A stretch of 64,000 nt of DNA from Terrimicrobiaceae bacterium (GTDB lineage: Bacteria > Verrucomicrobiota > Verrucomicrobiia > Chthoniobacterales > JAATET01): the NCBI GenBank assembly GCA_028713285.1, contig JAQTOP010000008.1, positions 1,572-65,571 on the forward strand. Reading direction: 5' to 3'. The translations under genes and the position numbers were made by a program. Position 1 is the stretch's first letter, and each line of letters opens with the position of its first letter. Of the stretch, positions 62,642 to 64,000 are shown piece by piece. Under the pieces are notes generated by a model. The model ran no database searches, was not told where the DNA came from, and saw nothing but the letters and a program-made list of their open reading frames with translations.

Positions 62642-63808
62642 TTGTTGAAGACCTTCACCGCCATTCTGCAGCGCCACAGCATGCACATTCTCCTGCTCGT
62701 CATCGCGGGACTTGTGACGCTCGGCATCGTGATGCTCTTCAGCACGAGCGCGTTTGCGCAGCAGGCCCACGGCGACGTCTATTATTTTGTGAAGCGCCAG
62801 TGCTTCTGGCTCGGCATCGGGCTCGCCGCCTGCACGTTCGGCGCGCTGGTCGATTACCATTTCTGGCAAAAGTGGTGGTGGGTCGCATTCGTGTTTTCGC
62901 TCATCGCGCTCGCCCTCTGCTTCGCGCCGCACATCGGGCTCAAGATCAACGGTTCCCGCCGCTGGATCGGCGTCGGCTTCGCAAATTTCCAGCCGAGCGA
63001 ACTCGCGAAGATCGCCTCCATCTTCTTCCTGGCGTGGTGGTATGACCGCTTCGCTCCCCGCACGCGCGAATTCTTTTTCGGCTTCGTCTTCCCCATTTCG
63101 ATCGTGGCCGTGCTGCTCGCGCTCATTGTCGTCGAGGTGGACCTGGGAGCCACCGCGCTCATCGGCGCCGCGATGGTGGGCACGATGTTCGTCGCCGGCT
63201 CCAGCATGCGCTACCTCGGAGCCTGCGCAGGCATCGGACTCGCCGGCGTCATTTTCGTGGCGACGAAGATTCCCGAGCGCATGGCCCGCTTCCTCGCCTT
63301 CCTGCACCCCGAGCAATACCGGCTTACCGAGGGCCTGCAGCAATGGCAGGCGCTCATCGCCATCGGCTCCGGCGGCATCCACGGCCTCGGCCTCGGCAAC
63401 GGCCGGCAGAAAATGCTCTACCTCCCGGAGGCGCACACCGACTTCATTTTTCCGATGATCGGCGAGGAACTCGGCCTCGTTTTCACGCTCCTCGTCGTCG
63501 CCTCCTACCTCGTCATTTGCGTTTGCGGCTTCCTCGTCGCGATGAATGCCCGGGATCGCTTCGGCATGCTCCTCGCCTTCGGCTTCATCACAACGATCCT
63601 GCTTCAGGCCGCGGTGAACATCGGCATGACGACCTCCCTGCTCCCGAACAAGGGCATGCCGCTGCCGTTCATCAGCTTCGGCGGCTCGAATCTCATGATC
63701 TGCCTTTTCATGGTCGGCGTGCTCATCAACATCCACCGTCACGGCCACCCGGTCGCCGCTCCCGTCGGCCGCGTGCGGCTCGCCGCGAGGGTGACACCGC
63801 GCATCTAG
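62642..63808 (+). CDS. ftsW: SEDS-family peptidoglycan polymerase FtsW
   Basis: FQPSELAKI, LPEAHTDFIFPMIGEELG, PNKGMPLPFISFGGS. TTG start at 62642, or ATG at 62681. Confidence 0.9.
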   Translation: MLKTFTAILQRHSMHILLLVIAGLVTLGIVMLFSTSAFAQQAHGDVYYFVKRQCFWLGIGLAACTFGALVDYHFWQKWWWVAFVFSLIALALCFAPHIGLKINGSRRWIGVGFANFQPSELAKIASIFFLAWWYDRFAPRTREFFFGFVFPISIVAVLLALIVVEVDLGATALIGAAMVGTMFVAGSSMRYLGACAGIGLAGVIFVATKIPERMARFLAFLHPEQYRLTEGLQQWQALIAIGSGGIHGLGLGNGRQKMLYLPEAHTDFIFPMIGEELGLVFTLLVVASYLVICVCGFLVAMNARDRFGMLLAFGFITTILLQAAVNIGMTTSLLPNKGMPLPFISFGGSNLMICLFMVGVLINIHRHGHPVAAPVGRVRLAARVTPRI

Positions 63809-63826
63809 CGGGTTAGATATGGAATT

Positions 63827-64000
63827 ATGCGTGTAGTCATTGCTTGCGGGGGAACGGGCGGCCACCTCTTTCCGGGTCTCGCCGTGGCCCAGGCCCTCAA
63901 GGACCGCGGCCACGAGCTGCTGCTCCTCGTTTCGGAAAAGGCCATCGACACCCAGGCGCTCAAGGGCCACCCCGACTTCCGCTCCGAGCGGCTGCCCTCC
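63827..64000 (+). CDS. murG: UDP-GlcNAc:lipid I GlcNAc transferase MurG, N-terminal fragment (continues past the window)
   Basis: My read from the ATG at 63827 gives MRVVIACGGTGGHLFPGLAVAQALKDRGHELLLL, the canonical MurG G-loop. Not in the ORF track because it is open-ended. Confidence 0.85.
   Translation, partial: MRVVIACGGTGGHLFPGLAVAQALKDRGHELLLLVSEKAIDTQALKGHPDFRSERLPS

Noticed and set aside
1-64000. Search for CRISPR arrays, tRNA/rRNA genes, transposases, integrases, and phage or defence-system genes
   Set aside because: I saw no spaced direct-repeat arrays, no cloverleaf-like conserved tRNA boxes in the few intergenic gaps, and no DDE, tyrosine-recombinase or serine-recombinase motifs in any frame. 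The low-GC island at 32.7-36.9 kb has no recognisable mobility gene or flanking repeat, so it is not called a mobile element.

Overview
High-GC bacterial chromosome segment. This is gene-dense, with no rRNA, tRNA, CRISPR array or transposase that I could recognise. All calls rest on reading motifs in the supplied translations and on my own reverse-complement reads. No database search was possible.

The window has three blocks.

(1) 1-39.7 kb is one very large glycan-assembly locus. It is almost entirely co-directional on the minus strand, and many junctions are 4-nt start/stop overlaps. It contains:
- about 15 glycosyltransferase genes, covering GT2, GT1/GT4-like GT-B, a GT-A with a DTD motif, a GT-C membrane enzyme and a polyprenyl-phosphate GT2;
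- three sulfotransferases, each carrying both PAPS-binding motifs;
- six methyltransferase genes with seven domains;
- an acyltransferase_3 and a hexapeptide acyltransferase;
- an FkbH-like HAD-IIIC enzyme with its own acyl carrier protein;
- an NAD-dependent epimerase/dehydratase;
- a Wzm/Wzt-type ABC exporter whose ATPase has a long C-terminal extension.

Two giant multidomain proteins share a paralogous module that looks like a DUF115/MptE or sialyltransferase-like fold (GxGPxL ... GCDGR). The FkbH/ACP/acyltransferase/methyltransferase cassette sits in a visibly lower-GC island at about 32.7-36.9 kb. My leading candidate for a novel system is this locus read as a sulfated, methylated and acylated polysaccharide pathway. 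It would combine an ABC-type chain-end-recognition export logic with a periplasmic GT-C modification arm.

(2) 39.7-52.5 kb holds housekeeping and envelope genes: glutamine-dependent nadE (ATGA-coupled to the epimerase), a GbsR/MarR-like regulator, a metzincin protease with a secreted partner, yciH (SUI1), typA/bipA, a PEP-CTERM-like protein, a DUF1460-like protein, and an RND pump (MFP plus HAE1 permease) with no outer-membrane factor.

(3) 52.6-64.0 kb is a dcw cluster: mraZ-rsmH-ftsL-ftsI-murE-murF-mraY-murD-(LysM bitopic protein)-ftsW-murG (murG partial). It is preceded by four AGTGG direct repeats at exact 10-bp spacing, which look like MraZ boxes.

The lineage guess is Verrucomicrobiota/Opitutales-like, based on the PEP-CTERM-like protein and the gene content. 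This is inference only.
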